DNA from: Polyangiaceae bacterium
GTDB taxonomy: Bacteria > Myxococcota_A > Polyangia > Polyangiales > Polyangiaceae
Length of the DNA: 64,000 nucleotides
Direction: 5' to 3'
NCBI GenBank assembly: GCA_044376115.1
Contig: JBILLK010000007.1
Location: 160,001-224,000, forward strand
Part shown: positions 44,572-55,283 of the stretch, piece by piece
How the letters are laid out: each line of letters opens with the position of its first letter
How positions within the stretch are numbered: position 1 is the stretch's first letter
The notes under the pieces: model-generated
What the model was told of the DNA's origin: nothing
The model's database searches: none
The model's input: only the letters and a program-made list of their open reading frames with translations
Position numbers and translations under genes: made by a program

Positions 44572-46070
44572 TCAGAAGGGCTCGTAGCCGTCGTCGAGCC
44601 CGGGCTTCTCGCGCAGCGTGCTTCTTGCCGTTCGTTTGCGCGGCTGGGCAGGGGGAGGCGAGGGTTGGCGAGTGCCCGGTGGCTGTCTTTGAGCCGCGTT
44701 TCCATCTGCGGTGCGGAACTTCTCCACCAACTGCGAGAGCGCTTCGGCTTGCGATCGCATCTCCATGGCCGTGGCGGTCAATTCCTCCGAGGCGGTCGCG
44801 TTTCGCTGCGTTACCTCGTCGACCAACACGATCGCTCGCGTCATCTGCGTGACGCCCGCCGACTGCTCGGTGCTCGCGACCGAGACCTCTTGCACCAGCG
44901 CTGCCGTCTCGCGGATCGCCGGTGCCAGCGCCGCGAGCTCCGCTCCGCTCGACTCGGCGACTTGAACGCTGGTACGCGCAACCTCGGCGATCTCTTTGGC
45001 GGCCAGCTGGCTGCGCTCGGCGAGGCGACGCACCTCGCCAGCGACGACCGCGAAGCCGCGCCCGTGATCGCCCGCGCGCGCAGCCTCGATCGCGGCGTTC
45101 AAGGCGAGCAGATTGGTCTGGTAAGCGATGTCCTGAACGATCGAAATTTTGTCGGCGATCAAGCGCATCATCTTGAGCGTCTCTTCGCTAGCGACGAGGC
45201 ACTTTTGTGCTTCGGCGGCGCCGCCCTTCGCCATCGTTCCCATCTTCTTCGCGTTGGTAGAGGTCTCGTGGATCGAGGCTGAAAGCTCTTCCAGACTTGC
45301 GCTGGTCTCTTGCATCGACGCTGCCTGCTGGCTGGTTCCATCGCTGAGCAGCTGCGCTGATTGCGAGACCTGCCCAGACACGACGACCACCTGGTTGGCG
45401 TGGGCGCGAACCTCGTCGATCATTGTGCCCAGCGTCTCGACGAAGCTGTCGAAGTCCCGGCTGAGTGCGCCGATTTCATCCTGCCCCAAGGCGCCGATGC
45501 GCTTCGTCAGGTCCCCCTCACCGCGGGCCATCGCGCCGAGCGCGCCGGCCACGCGCTGGAGCGGCCTTGTGATCGAGCGAGCCACAGCTAGGGACAACGC
45601 AACCACCAAGAGCAAGCCGACCGCGGCTGTGGGCAGCGTCACACGAACCATCCGCTGCGTTGACTCTCGCTCCGCTGCGAGCGCCCCTGAAATCTGAGTG
45701 CGTTGCCGCAGTTCAAGGTCGCGAATCACCTTGATGGCCTCGGCGTAGGCGTTGTCCATGTTGGCCATTTCGTTGCCGGCCTGCGTGGTCGCACGAGAAG
45801 TGGCGTCGCTATCGCGTGCCTTCTCTGCGAGCTCTTTCTGCTTGGCCGCCTCGAACACGGCCAGGGCGTAGCCGGTCATCCGTTTGGTCTGCTCCTTTGC
45901 CTCGAGCTGGCCGGCGAGCGAGCCAGCGTCACCGGCAAAGGCTTCGCTGACGCGGGCTTCGGCACGGTCGTACTCTGCGCGGAAAGACTGAAGGTTGGCG
46001 CTCTCGGTTGCGTAGTCTCAACTCTGCAACACGTCGTTGCCGGGACTATCGAGGTTGGTGACGGCTGCAC
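44572..46070 (-). pseudogene. Methyl-accepting chemotaxis protein, 5'-truncated, with in-frame TGA at 46018-46020
   Basis: TM2, HAMP and '[37 protein letters not shown]' are intact (ORF 44572-45879); the frame continues upstream with helical sensor-like sequence to a TGA; no TM1 or start is present. Confidence 0.7.
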
Positions 46071-46074
46071 TCCC

Positions 46075-46349
46075 CCAAAAACTCTCGCTACCAGCGCCGC
46101 CGTCCCCGTGGCGAGCTGCAGCTGTTGAATCAATAATCGCGTCGCCGAGTCGGCAAAGCGCCCCTCCGACCCCTCGCCAGCGTAACGCGGCAGCAGCGCA
46201 TGTGTCATCCCGCCAAGGCCGGTTCGTGGATCCCACAAGCACGCCGCAACACACGACCCGAGGATCGTGATCAACGTCTGCCCCCCCCTCACAACGCGAG
46301 GCGGGTCCCCCGGTTGGACGTACACCACCAAACCGAACTCTAACGGCAA
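46075..46349 (-). pseudogene. cheD: CheD N-terminal fragment
   Basis: 'VYVQPG...ITILGSCVAACLWD...GGMTHALLP...GRFAD.A...ARVFGG', then loss of similarity; the C-terminal CheD half is absent. Confidence 0.7.
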
Positions 46350-46379
46350 CTCGCGCGGAATTGAACATCGCTGCAGAGT

Positions 46380-46922
46380 TCAGGGAACGTTGAGTTTGAC
46401 GCGGATACTCTGGCAGCCGTCAGGCTGGTCCTCATCAAACCCTAGCTGCAAGTAGATCGGGTTCGCGTTGGAGCCGCCGTTGTGCGGCGAGTACTCAGCG
46501 GCAAACGTGTCTTTGCGGGGCAGCTTCTTTTCAACGCAGCCGATGCGCGCGTTTTCGACGAATCTCTCGGCGCCATCGACCCACCAACCGCCGGCGCAAA
46601 TTTGGTCTTGCGAACTATCGTTCACCAGCTCGGCAGAGAGCTCGATCTTTGATGGGTCCTTCGAGAAGGTGAAGGGCCCGAAGTAGACCCTCCCTTTGCA
46701 CGGGACGCTGACCTCTACGGGCTTTCCTTTCACCAACTCTTTGGCGTTGGCGCTGGAGCTGCCGCTCTTGTCGCCAGCCCCCGGAGCCCCCGCGACGGAC
46801 GAGGAAGGCTTGCCCGAGTTCGGCGGTTGGGCGGAGCTGGAGGAAGAGTTTTGGCTCGTGCTCGCCTTCGAGCCACAGGCGAACGCAAGGCACGCCAGGG
46901 CCGACAGAATGAATCTCCCCAT
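46380..46922 (-). CDS. Hypothetical lipoprotein
   Basis: 'LAFAC' lipobox; Ser-rich linker; Cys-containing beta domain. Confidence 0.6.
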   Translation of the reverse strand: MGRFILSALACLAFACGSKASTSQNSSSSSAQPPNSGKPSSSVAGAPGAGDKSGSSSANAKELVKGKPVEVSVPCKGRVYFGPFTFSKDPSKIELSAELVNDSSQDQICAGGWWVDGAERFVENARIGCVEKKLPRKDTFAAEYSPHNGGSNANPIYLQLGFDEDQPDGCQSIRVKLNVP

Positions 46923-47024
46923 GCGGCGGAGGGTACCCACGAGCCGTAAGTCAGAGCAAGGTCGCTAGAAATCTGCTGTTGGCACCGCGGTTTGCGCCGC
47001 TGCCTCGGTGCCAAGAGCGCCGTT

Positions 47025-47462
47025 TCAACTCTTGAAGAGTCGGTGGTCGAGCGAGAGCTTTCCGGGGCCGCTCACGGCCAAGAAAACCATCACCACCGCG
47101 AGCAGGGATGGGTACTCAAAGCCCACGCCGCCCCCCGTGCCCAGCTGCTTGATCTGATGTGCGTGGGTGCTGAGCACGGCCACCAGCATGGTGACGGTGA
47201 GGCTTGCCGCTGCTGGCCGAACCACGAGACCGACGGCGACGAGGAGCCCACCAAGTAGCTCTGCCAAGGTTGCGCTCCACGCCATTGCCGAAGGCAGCGG
47301 GAAACCTTTGTCGGCGAGCCCCGTTGCGAAGTTTGCGACTCCGCCACGGAGCTTGCTCAGCCCGTGCAGCGCAAGGTAACCGCCCGACGTTAGTCGAAGA
47401 GCGAGCAGGGCGAGATCGTCGAGCAGCGCAGACCGCGCGGTGAGCAGCTTCATAGTCTCCAT
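47025..47462 (-). CDS. DoxX family membrane protein
   Basis: 'LRL..G...HG..KL', 'ELLGG', 'EYP...GPGKLSLD'. Confidence 0.9.
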   Translation of the reverse strand: METMKLLTARSALLDDLALLALRLTSGGYLALHGLSKLRGGVANFATGLADKGFPLPSAMAWSATLAELLGGLLVAVGLVVRPAAASLTVTMLVAVLSTHAHQIKQLGTGGGVGFEYPSLLAVVMVFLAVSGPGKLSLDHRLFKS

Positions 47463-47519
47463 GTAGCACGAGCGCCCTGCGGGCTCGCAGGCGCTGAAGA
47501 ACGACGTCGCGGAGGGCGC

Positions 47520-48305
47520 TCAGCAATACGCGCCGACCAGCTTCAGCGGCTTCTTTGACTTGACGATCTCGGCGAGCTTCGCTTCGCTCAGGCGCAGCCC
47601 TACCGAGGAGTCTTCCGACGAGGTCGTCAGCAAATACTCGTCGTCGGTCGAGCCGAGGAACAGGGTGGCGACAGCCCAGCCTGCCGGCGCGAGGAACACG
47701 CCCGTCGGTGGGCCCTCCTCCTCGTCAAGCTCCTCCTCGGGGTCGAGCGCGAGGCCGTGTTCGCTCTCGAGTGCGGCCCAATAGCCTTGCGGAATGCGCG
47801 CGGCGGCCGTGAGATCGAGCAGCGACTTATCGACCGTTACAGGTTTGCCTCCCTCCTTCGCCGAGGCCAACAGGACTCCCGCGTAGAAGCAGTCTCCGGC
47901 CGCGTTTGCGTCGTCTTCTCCGGCCGGGCCGGGGCTCACGAACACCAACGGGAGCTCGCTCTTCGTTCGCCAGGTCGCGGTCGTTTCATGGATGGCCTTC
48001 ACCTCCTCGACGGTTAGGTCGCGACGGAAACGCTGCCCGAGGAGCAACGTACCGAACTGACCTGGGTCTACGCCGAACCGAGGAACCGAACTCGTCTTCT
48101 TGGCTGCCATGCGATGCTCCTTGGGCAGGGTAGCTAGGGCACCACGTAGCTCACGGCCATTCATACTTTCGGTCACGTCGTTGAAGCTCTCGTGGCTGCC
48201 AATCCAGGCCACGAGGATGCTGTCCTCGCGACAGCGCTCGGCGTCGGCGTGCAGGTAAACCGTGAAGGTGACGCCATCGGCTTCGTAGGTTGCCGTACTT
48301 GCCAT
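47520..48305 (-). CDS. Hypothetical protein
   Basis: 261-aa ORF with protein-like composition; an internal ATG (MAAKK, about 48110) could be the real start. Confidence 0.5.
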   Translation of the reverse strand: MASTATYEADGVTFTVYLHADAERCREDSILVAWIGSHESFNDVTESMNGRELRGALATLPKEHRMAAKKTSSVPRFGVDPGQFGTLLLGQRFRRDLTVEEVKAIHETTATWRTKSELPLVFVSPGPAGEDDANAAGDCFYAGVLLASAKEGGKPVTVDKSLLDLTAAARIPQGYWAALESEHGLALDPEEELDEEEGPPTGVFLAPAGWAVATLFLGSTDDEYLLTTSSEDSSVGLRLSEAKLAEIVKSKKPLKLVGAYC

Positions 48306-48441
48306 TCGCTCGGCATTGGATCTGACCCCTGCCGAACAACCCCACCGTTCTGGGGATCATGTGGCGATCGCGAAAGTAGGCGCACCGCCGGGCACAAATC
48401 CGACGCTCCATCCGCGGTCTTCATCCGTCCAAGCAGGCTCG

Positions 48442-49581
48442 ATGAAGACCGCCTGCTTTTCTCTCCTGGCTCTGCTGCTGGTCTCCTGCAGCTCGCGTGC
48501 GCGCTCGCCCCAACTTGCGCAGTCGCCTGAACCCGTCGTCACCGGACCGCTGAGGCCGCTCGCGCCGCCGAGCCCGCTGGCGCTGCTGATCAGCTCCACG
48601 CAGACCGTCGCTCGGCAGCTCTCGACCATTCAATGCCCACCCCCCGGGTTGCCACCGGAGCTGGCGGCCAAGGTCGACTGTGCAGCGATGAAGCCGTTCG
48701 AGGAGGCGACGCAGTGGGTGCCACGCGAGGTGCCTCCAGGCACGCTGCCGCCCGCTGTCGATCTGCGCGGGCATGGTCTGGTCGGGCCGGTGAAGAACCA
48801 GCTCGATATCGGGGCGTGTGCCGGCTTTGCGATGACGGCGGTGCTCGACAACGCGGCTCGTCGTCAGGGCCGTGCGGACGTGATTTCGCCCCTGCACGTG
48901 TTCGCGACCTATGCACCGACGCACGACGATTTTAGTCGCTCGCTGAAGGGTCGCTCGTTTGCCGCGGATGCGTCTTGGCCCTTCGATCCGGTGCGCGCTT
49001 GCTACTTTGCTCGCGACTACATGGGGACGACCTGCGTATCCAAATACGGCGTCTACCCCGAGAGCTCGGGCTCGGCGCCGTGGCTATTGGCTGAGCGTCA
49101 GCGCGCCGATGAGCAAGGGCGCTTGCGTATCTTGGGCTACGAGGAGATGCCGGTGACGCCCGATCAATGGGCGTTGGTGCTGGCGAGCGGAGAGGTCTTG
49201 TGGACGGCTTTCCACCACGATGAACCGGCTTGGAACTCGCTGTTCAATCCGGGCTCGACGCACATCCCGGTGCACGGTTTCGATCCAGCAGGCCTCTCGC
49301 ATGCCGTGGCGATGGTCGGCTATCGCACGACGCCGCAAGGGCGAGAGTTCTTGCTCCAGAACAGCTGGGGGTCGAGCTGGGGCATGGGCGGCTTCGCTTG
49401 GATCAGCGAGGCGATGGCGCTGGCAACCTTCAGTTACGGTTATCGCGTGCTCGTCGCCGATGCGAGCGTACCGCCGTTGCCGCGCTTCGATACGGCCAGC
49501 TTCCCGTTCCCAACCGAGGCTGCCAAGCCTTGGTTCGACGCAGCCGCGGCTCAATTGCCCGCCTGGCCTTTCAATCGCTAA
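48442..49581 (+). CDS. Papain-like (C1) cysteine peptidase lipoprotein
   Basis: LVSC lipobox; 'VDLR...VKNQ..IGACAGFA', 'SHAVAMVGY', 'LQNSWG..WG..GF.WI'. Confidence 0.9.
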   Translation: MKTACFSLLALLLVSCSSRARSPQLAQSPEPVVTGPLRPLAPPSPLALLISSTQTVARQLSTIQCPPPGLPPELAAKVDCAAMKPFEEATQWVPREVPPGTLPPAVDLRGHGLVGPVKNQLDIGACAGFAMTAVLDNAARRQGRADVISPLHVFATYAPTHDDFSRSLKGRSFAADASWPFDPVRACYFARDYMGTTCVSKYGVYPESSGSAPWLLAERQRADEQGRLRILGYEEMPVTPDQWALVLASGEVLWTAFHHDEPAWNSLFNPGSTHIPVHGFDPAGLSHAVAMVGYRTTPQGREFLLQNSWGSSWGMGGFAWISEAMALATFSYGYRVLVADASVPPLPRFDTASFPFPTEAAKPWFDAAAAQLPAWPFNR

Positions 49582-49589
49582 GGAGGCCT

Positions 49590-50996
49590 TCAGTCGGCGA
49601 CCGTCGCTCCTCGCTCGGTGGATTCGAGCTCCCGCCGTAGCCAGTCTCGCAACGCGGCGGGCTCGGTTTGCATGCCGCGTCGGAGCAGCTCGCCAACGAC
49701 CTCCTCGAGGTCGACGGCTTGGGGCTCTCCACCGGCGGAGTGGTGCCACACGAGGCCGCTCTCGCCGATGGCGGCGATCGCCCAGCTCTGACCGTTCGAA
49801 CCGAGCACCAGCGTGTCGCTGAGCGCGACCCCGAGGTCTCGCCGGTCCGCCCCCTGCATCAGCCAATCCCGGCCGCGCTCGCGCACGATGAAGAGATCAC
49901 GGCCTGGCCCAACGAGCTTGAGCGCTGCCGCCTTCGACCACGTGCCGAGCAGCGTTCCGTCGATCACCACCGCGCGACCTTCACCCTCTTGGGCGAGGAA
50001 GCCGATGCGACCGTCGCTGCCGATCCCAACCTCGGTGATGCGTTGAAACGGTGCTGCGGGTCCGTACGGCCTTCCATCAACGTGCAGCACGTCCCGACCG
50101 TTCGCGCGCGCGACATAGGCGACCGTAACGCCGTCCGCACCGATCGTGATCGCACGGTCCTTCACTTGTTCGTACGGTCCGAAGGCGATCCCGTCGATCA
50201 CCACGAACTCCTGCTCTCCGTTGCGCGCCCAAAACACGGTACGGCGCGCGCTGGTGAGGTGCACCTCTCCAAGTCGCTCATAAGGCTCGGAGCGTTCGAC
50301 GCCATCGTCCGCGAACCAGGCTTCATCGGTGCGCACGAGCGCAACCGCTCGATCGCTTTGTGCTGAGGCGTAGAGGCCGGCGACATCTTCGTAGGGGCCG
50401 AACAGGTCGGCGCCGCGCACGACGAAAGCCTGCGAGCCCCGCCGCGCGAAATAGGCGACTTGGCTGCGGGTCGCGGTCAGCCCGGAGACGCCGTCGAAGC
50501 AGCGATCGAGCCTGCCATCGACGACGACGCATGCCTTGTCACCGAGCTGGGCGACGTAGACCGAGCCTCCCGAGGGCGTGGAGAGCAACGAGCCCTCGAG
50601 GATGTTGTCGAACCAATCGTGCTGCAGCGTGCGCTGTGCGCCGATGATGTGGACGCGTGAACGGCTGTCGGCGACCTCGACCGCGGCGAGTGAGGTCGAA
50701 GCGAGCGGAACGAGCTCGGCGATCGAAGCGAACGGCCCAGCAACGACGCGACCCTCACGCAGGATGAAGGTGCCTTCGTCGTCGCTGGCTGCGTACACCA
50801 GCGAGCCCTCGCTGCTGCTCAGCGTCGAGCGAGCGATGCTCCGGAACGAGGCATGCTCCTCGCCGTCGACACGAACGAACTCCTCGCCGCAGCGGCTGAG
50901 CACGACGAGCTCACGTCCGGCTTGGTCGCGCCCACGATAGGCGGTTGCTTGGCAACCGCCGACGGCGATCGCCAGGGCAAGCAGCTGCAGCTTCAT
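49590..50996 (-). CDS. Beta-propeller-like repeat lipoprotein
   Basis: 'AVGGC' lipobox; repeated '(AY/FW)xA...VV.DG...GPY/F..V/I' blades; ATGA overlap with the upstream gene. Confidence 0.7.
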   Translation of the reverse strand: MKLQLLALAIAVGGCQATAYRGRDQAGRELVVLSRCGEEFVRVDGEEHASFRSIARSTLSSSEGSLVYAASDDEGTFILREGRVVAGPFASIAELVPLASTSLAAVEVADSRSRVHIIGAQRTLQHDWFDNILEGSLLSTPSGGSVYVAQLGDKACVVVDGRLDRCFDGVSGLTATRSQVAYFARRGSQAFVVRGADLFGPYEDVAGLYASAQSDRAVALVRTDEAWFADDGVERSEPYERLGEVHLTSARRTVFWARNGEQEFVVIDGIAFGPYEQVKDRAITIGADGVTVAYVARANGRDVLHVDGRPYGPAAPFQRITEVGIGSDGRIGFLAQEGEGRAVVIDGTLLGTWSKAAALKLVGPGRDLFIVRERGRDWLMQGADRRDLGVALSDTLVLGSNGQSWAIAAIGESGLVWHHSAGGEPQAVDLEEVVGELLRRGMQTEPAALRDWLRRELESTERGATVAD

Positions 50997-52303
50997 GGTG
51001 TCGAGCGATGCGTTCGATAACGATCGACCTGGGGGCGGATGCTGAGGCTCGTGGCCCGTACGAGTGGCGCGGAGCGCGTGTGCACCACGGCGCCTGCAGC
51101 GCTGACCAAGCGCAAACCCGAATGGGCCAAGCCGCCATCGACGAGCGCGATACCGAAGCACGAGGTCGCAAGCGCACGTCGATAACAGACGAGCACTTCC
51201 CCAACCACGCCCCCTTCGAGCAGCAGCGAGCCTTCAATCATCGTGTCGGCCTCGGCGACGAAGCAGGTGCTGCGACGAGGCGGCGGAGCGCTCGGCCGGG
51301 CAGGCTCGCGCCGCTTCGGTAGTCGCCAGCCGAGCTGGAGCTCGAACGGCGAGAGCCTGTTTCCGCCGAGCGACCGAATCGAGAAACCCCCCACCTCGAT
51401 GGTTGCAGCGTCGATCTCCTCGAGCGACACCGTCGCGAGATCGTAGGCCAATCCGAGTTCGGAGAGGGCGGCGAGCTTCTCCGCTGCGCAGCTCTGCGGA
51501 AGGACCACCTCGTAGCCAAATTCGCCGGTTCGCCCGCCGCGAATCACCAGACATTGTTCGAGCGTCAGTGCTCCGAGCGGCGGCAGGCTGATGGCTCGCC
51601 GGCCCAACCATTCACCCAAGAGCTCCCACGCAAACGGGCCGTGCAGGCTGATCGTTTGGTGATCGGCGCGAAGATCGCGCAGCGTTATCTGGCTTTGGTG
51701 TGCAAGCCGTAGCGCAAGCGCTTCGAACGAAAGACCGTCGATTAGCAGGATGAACTCGCCCTCAACGTTCACGACCGTCAAATCGGCCTCCACCGTGCCG
51801 TCCTCACGCGTGAGCAAGGTTGGCTTCGCCTGACCGTCGTAAAGGAAGAGCGATCCACGCAGGAGCTGCTCGAGCGCATCGATCGCGTCCTCCGGGTTCC
51901 CCCGCGCCGACGCCAGCCGGGCGACGGTCAAGTGGGATGAATCGAGGCGCACAACCGAGCTTCGAAGTGCGCTCGGCTGCGCGGTTCGTGGTGTTTGCTC
52001 GAGCTGCGCCGGCGCTGTTGCACCTTCACTGAGCAGGTAGTCGACGATGCAGTTGAGCGAGCGGGTGATCAGCGGAAAGCGGTCATCTTGAGGCAGCTCG
52101 AGGCCGAACGCCCTTTCGACCGCGAAGGCCAGCTCAATCGCGTCGACCGAATCGAGGCCGAAGCCAACGCCGAACAACGGCACGTCGGGATCGAGCTGCT
52201 CGGGCTCGAGCTTGAGCGCGAGGTCATCGAGCAAGATGGTCGCCAGCGTTTGCAGCATGGCCTGGCGTTGCGCCGCTCGTTCCTGCGCGTGGGCGCGGTT
52301 CAT
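50993..52303 (-). CDS. Acyl carrier protein fused to a GcvT/YgfZ-like (aminomethyltransferase-fold) domain
   Basis: ACP 'LF..G.GLDSVDAIEL...VE..FG'; GcvT-like 'DGTVEAD', 'ISLHGPFAW', 'RTGEFGYEV', 'SPFELQL.W'; ATGA overlap. Confidence 0.8.
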   Translation of the reverse strand: MNRAHAQERAAQRQAMLQTLATILLDDLALKLEPEQLDPDVPLFGVGFGLDSVDAIELAFAVERAFGLELPQDDRFPLITRSLNCIVDYLLSEGATAPAQLEQTPRTAQPSALRSSVVRLDSSHLTVARLASARGNPEDAIDALEQLLRGSLFLYDGQAKPTLLTREDGTVEADLTVVNVEGEFILLIDGLSFEALALRLAHQSQITLRDLRADHQTISLHGPFAWELLGEWLGRRAISLPPLGALTLEQCLVIRGGRTGEFGYEVVLPQSCAAEKLAALSELGLAYDLATVSLEEIDAATIEVGGFSIRSLGGNRLSPFELQLGWRLPKRREPARPSAPPPRRSTCFVAEADTMIEGSLLLEGGVVGEVLVCYRRALATSCFGIALVDGGLAHSGLRLVSAAGAVVHTRSAPLVRATSLSIRPQVDRYRTHRSTP

Positions 52304-54300
52304 CGGTGCCCCCAACGTTCGAACATGACGCAAGCCGAAGCGAGCCGTCCTGGGGCGGAGACCACGACCGTCTCAGCTTCCTCTCGTGCGATCTTCGTTA
52401 CCGCGACGCCGCAGGCGAGCAGCCCTGCAACGGCCGGGACCTGCGAGTCGGGCGACGCGCGAAGCCGCTCGAAGCGCGGGCGAGGGGAGCGCGCGAGCAA
52501 CGCTGCGAGCGCGGCTTCCTCATCGGCGCCGACCGCCCAACTGGCGAGCGATACCGAAGGCTCCGGACCGTGCTCCCGGCCCAGCAGGAAGCATGCGGCG
52601 CCATCCACCACGGCGCGCGGCGCGTTGAGATCGCGCTCTTCCACCGCTGCAGCAAAAGCGAGATCGGCGTCGTCGCGATAGGCCAACTGGTCCGCGGCGA
52701 GCGCTAGCGCAACCAGGCCGCTGGCGGGGCCTGTGGTCAGCACGAACGTCGGCCCGCGCAGCGCGAACATGCGACAGATCGACCCTGTCGCGGTGGTCAG
52801 CACTTTGCGCGCGAAGGCGCTGCCAGAGACGTTGCGATAGCCACGGGCATCGACGCTCTCGTTGAAGGCGCGGCCGTTCTCCGGCGAGGCGCGCCGTTGG
52901 CCGACGAAGGTCGCGGTGCGATGGCCCTCCGAGGTTCGCCGCGGTGTGTTGCGGGTTGCGCGTTGAAACGCGGTGGCGAGCATTTGGGTGGTGCGGTCGA
53001 GCCCGCGCGAATCGAGCGTCCTCGTGAGCGACTCGAAGTCGAAGGAGCCTGCGTCCACCAAGAGGTCCAGCTCGCTCCCGAGCGGATCCCGTTCGGGGAC
53101 GGCGCCACCGAAGCCACCCATCGCGAGCACGGCCAGCGGCCTTTGCTGCAGCGTCGTTCCGCTTTCGACCACGGTGCCGGCGACGCGGTCGCCGACGCTG
53201 AGCACCGCCGCGGCGTTGAAGCCGCCGAAGCCGGCGCCGAGCTTGAGCAACGGGCCACCCGCGAAGGGGCGCGCTTCAATGACGAGGTCGAGTTCGAACG
53301 GCGGGCGCACGCGCAGCTCCTTGGCGGAGGGAGAAATCTCACCGCGCCGCATCGCTTCGAGCGCCATCGCGAGCTCGACGGCGGAGGCGGCGCCGAGGCT
53401 GTGGCCGACGAGGCTCTTGCTGACCGTGATGGGAAGGACGTTGGCGCGTGGCCCAAACAACGTCACGAGCGCTGCATATTCGGCTTCGTCGTTGGCGCGC
53501 GTACCGGTGGCGTGTGCACTGACACAGGCGATCTCCTCCGCGGCGCGCTGGGCTTCGCGGAGCGCCTGGCACGCAGCGCGCGTGAGCCCCTCTCCGCTGG
53601 GATGCGGACTCGTCGCGTGGTGAGCATCGGCGCTGACGCCGATGCCCTCGAGCGTCGCCACGATCGAAGCTCCGCGCGCGAGGGCGCTGGCTCGGCGTTC
53701 CAAGACGAAGAACGCAGCTCCTTCCCCGAGGTTGGTGCCCAGCGCAGGGGGAGCGCCGGGCAAGCCGCCAAACGGCGTGGTGGGAGTGGCGCTGAGCAGC
53801 CCGAGCGCATGAAAGCCGGCGAACGTAGAGAGCGAGATCTCGTCGCTCGCTCCGGCGATCACCACGTCGAATTGACGGCTCTGCAGCAGCGTTTGGGCGC
53901 ACAGCATGGCGTGCAGCCCGCTGGCGCAGGCCGAGGTAACGACGATCGTCGTCAGCTCTCCGTGCCTCCGCTTCAGACTGGCGACGAACTCGTCCACCAA
54001 AGGATCTTCGGGGGTGAGCGAGGTACCCACGATCAGCGCAGCAACGCCAAGGGCTGCTCCGGCCTGGCCCAGCGCCTCAGCGATGGCCGACTCGGCGAAC
54101 GAGATCGCGGCTGCGCCGCGTGGCAGCTGGGTCTCGACGATGGGCGCACCGAGACGCCCTTCGAACGGCGTGCCCTCGAAGTTGGTGATGGTGCGCAAGC
54201 CGGTCCGCTGCGTTGCCGCGTCGCAGGACGAAGAAAGGTTGGCGCCCAGCGGCGTCACGGCACCCATCCCGGTGATGACGACGACGGGGGCGCCGTGCAC
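52300..54300 (-). CDS. Beta-ketoacyl synthase (FabF-like) fused to a degenerate second KS / chain-length-factor-like domain
   Basis: 'VVITGMG', 'SACASG' (Cys), 'AHATGT..ND' (His), 'SKSLVGHSLGA' (His), 'GFGG.N'; the second half ('LDRTTQ', 'LRGP...TGPASG') lacks the catalytic Cys. Confidence 0.88.
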   Translation of the reverse strand: MHGAPVVVITGMGAVTPLGANLSSSCDAATQRTGLRTITNFEGTPFEGRLGAPIVETQLPRGAAAISFAESAIAEALGQAGAALGVAALIVGTSLTPEDPLVDEFVASLKRRHGELTTIVVTSACASGLHAMLCAQTLLQSRQFDVVIAGASDEISLSTFAGFHALGLLSATPTTPFGGLPGAPPALGTNLGEGAAFFVLERRASALARGASIVATLEGIGVSADAHHATSPHPSGEGLTRAACQALREAQRAAEEIACVSAHATGTRANDEAEYAALVTLFGPRANVLPITVSKSLVGHSLGAASAVELAMALEAMRRGEISPSAKELRVRPPFELDLVIEARPFAGGPLLKLGAGFGGFNAAAVLSVGDRVAGTVVESGTTLQQRPLAVLAMGGFGGAVPERDPLGSELDLLVDAGSFDFESLTRTLDSRGLDRTTQMLATAFQRATRNTPRRTSEGHRTATFVGQRRASPENGRAFNESVDARGYRNVSGSAFARKVLTTATGSICRMFALRGPTFVLTTGPASGLVALALAADQLAYRDDADLAFAAAVEERDLNAPRAVVDGAACFLLGREHGPEPSVSLASWAVGADEEAALAALLARSPRPRFERLRASPDSQVPAVAGLLACGVAVTKIAREEAETVVVSAPGRLASACVMFERWGHR

Positions 54301-55283
54301 TATCCCACCGCAGCTGCGACGATCAGGAGGATAGCCCCCACCAACAGAAAGACTCCGCCGGCGGTCAAGACGAACGCACCCGCGAAGCTGCCGGTCGCGA
54401 CGATCAACGCGCCGATGATCCCGCTGACTCCCGCGAGGCCCATGAAGACTCCGCCGGCGGTCAAGAGCCCGCTGTTGTCCGACTCCCCGGTGGCCCGCTT
54501 GTACTCTGGATCGCTCGTGCGCATGGCCCCGGCCACGCGATAGAGCTCCTCCGCCTCAGCCAATCGGGACTTCATCGCGGCGAACGATTCAGCGCCCAGC
54601 GACGCCAGGAACCTTCGCTCACTCTCGGCGACTGTGCCAGGGCGCTCAAACACCTTCTCCATCTTGCGCGAGTATTCGCCCACCAACATGTCAGACGATT
54701 GGGCGAGCCGCTCGCATACCCAGAGGCCCATACGCCGGAGATGAAGCCGGCGCACGTCAGAGACATCTTTGTCAGCGGCTGCCTCGTCCACAATCGCCAG
54801 CACGCGTTCTCCCAGCTCGGGATCTCGCTTGAACTCGCGCGACAGATCCGCTCGTTCCGTGGGCGATAGCGCGTCGAGACGTTGCTTCATACCGAGGATG
54901 GCGCTGTCGAACTCGGGCATGGCGCCACGCATGGTTGCTTGCACCGTGGGGTGTACTCGTGCGGTCTCGGGCAAGTCGCGAAAGGCGCCGGTGAGGAAGA
55001 GCGTGCGCACCGCAGACAGCGCGACCTCGTCAGCGTTGCTCTTGCGACCCTTGCTGCGCCCGTCCGAAAGCACACGGTCGAGCGCTAGCGGCGTTCCCGC
55101 GGTGAGCGAGGCTCGAGGTTTGATGAGCCGCGCCCACTCCCGTTCGACCTCCTCGGAGGAGAGCAGAAGGGACGATCCACTGGGCGTCTGCGACGGCGCG
55201 CCATCGTTGAAACAAGCGCTCAGGAGTCCGCCGCCGGCCACGGCGCCAGCCACCATCCTGCGGCGAGAGAGTTGATCGGTCAT
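54300..55283 (-). CDS. Tat-exported lipoprotein-like protein with C-terminal membrane hairpin
   Basis: 'LSRRRM' twin-arginine motif and 'LLSAC'; two Gly-rich C-terminal TMs; stop overlaps the KS GTG. Confidence 0.65.
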   Translation of the reverse strand: MTDQLSRRRMVAGAVAGGGLLSACFNDGAPSQTPSGSSLLLSSEEVEREWARLIKPRASLTAGTPLALDRVLSDGRSKGRKSNADEVALSAVRTLFLTGAFRDLPETARVHPTVQATMRGAMPEFDSAILGMKQRLDALSPTERADLSREFKRDPELGERVLAIVDEAAADKDVSDVRRLHLRRMGLWVCERLAQSSDMLVGEYSRKMEKVFERPGTVAESERRFLASLGAESFAAMKSRLAEAEELYRVAGAMRTSDPEYKRATGESDNSGLLTAGGVFMGLAGVSGIIGALIVATGSFAGAFVLTAGGVFLLVGAILLIVAAAVG

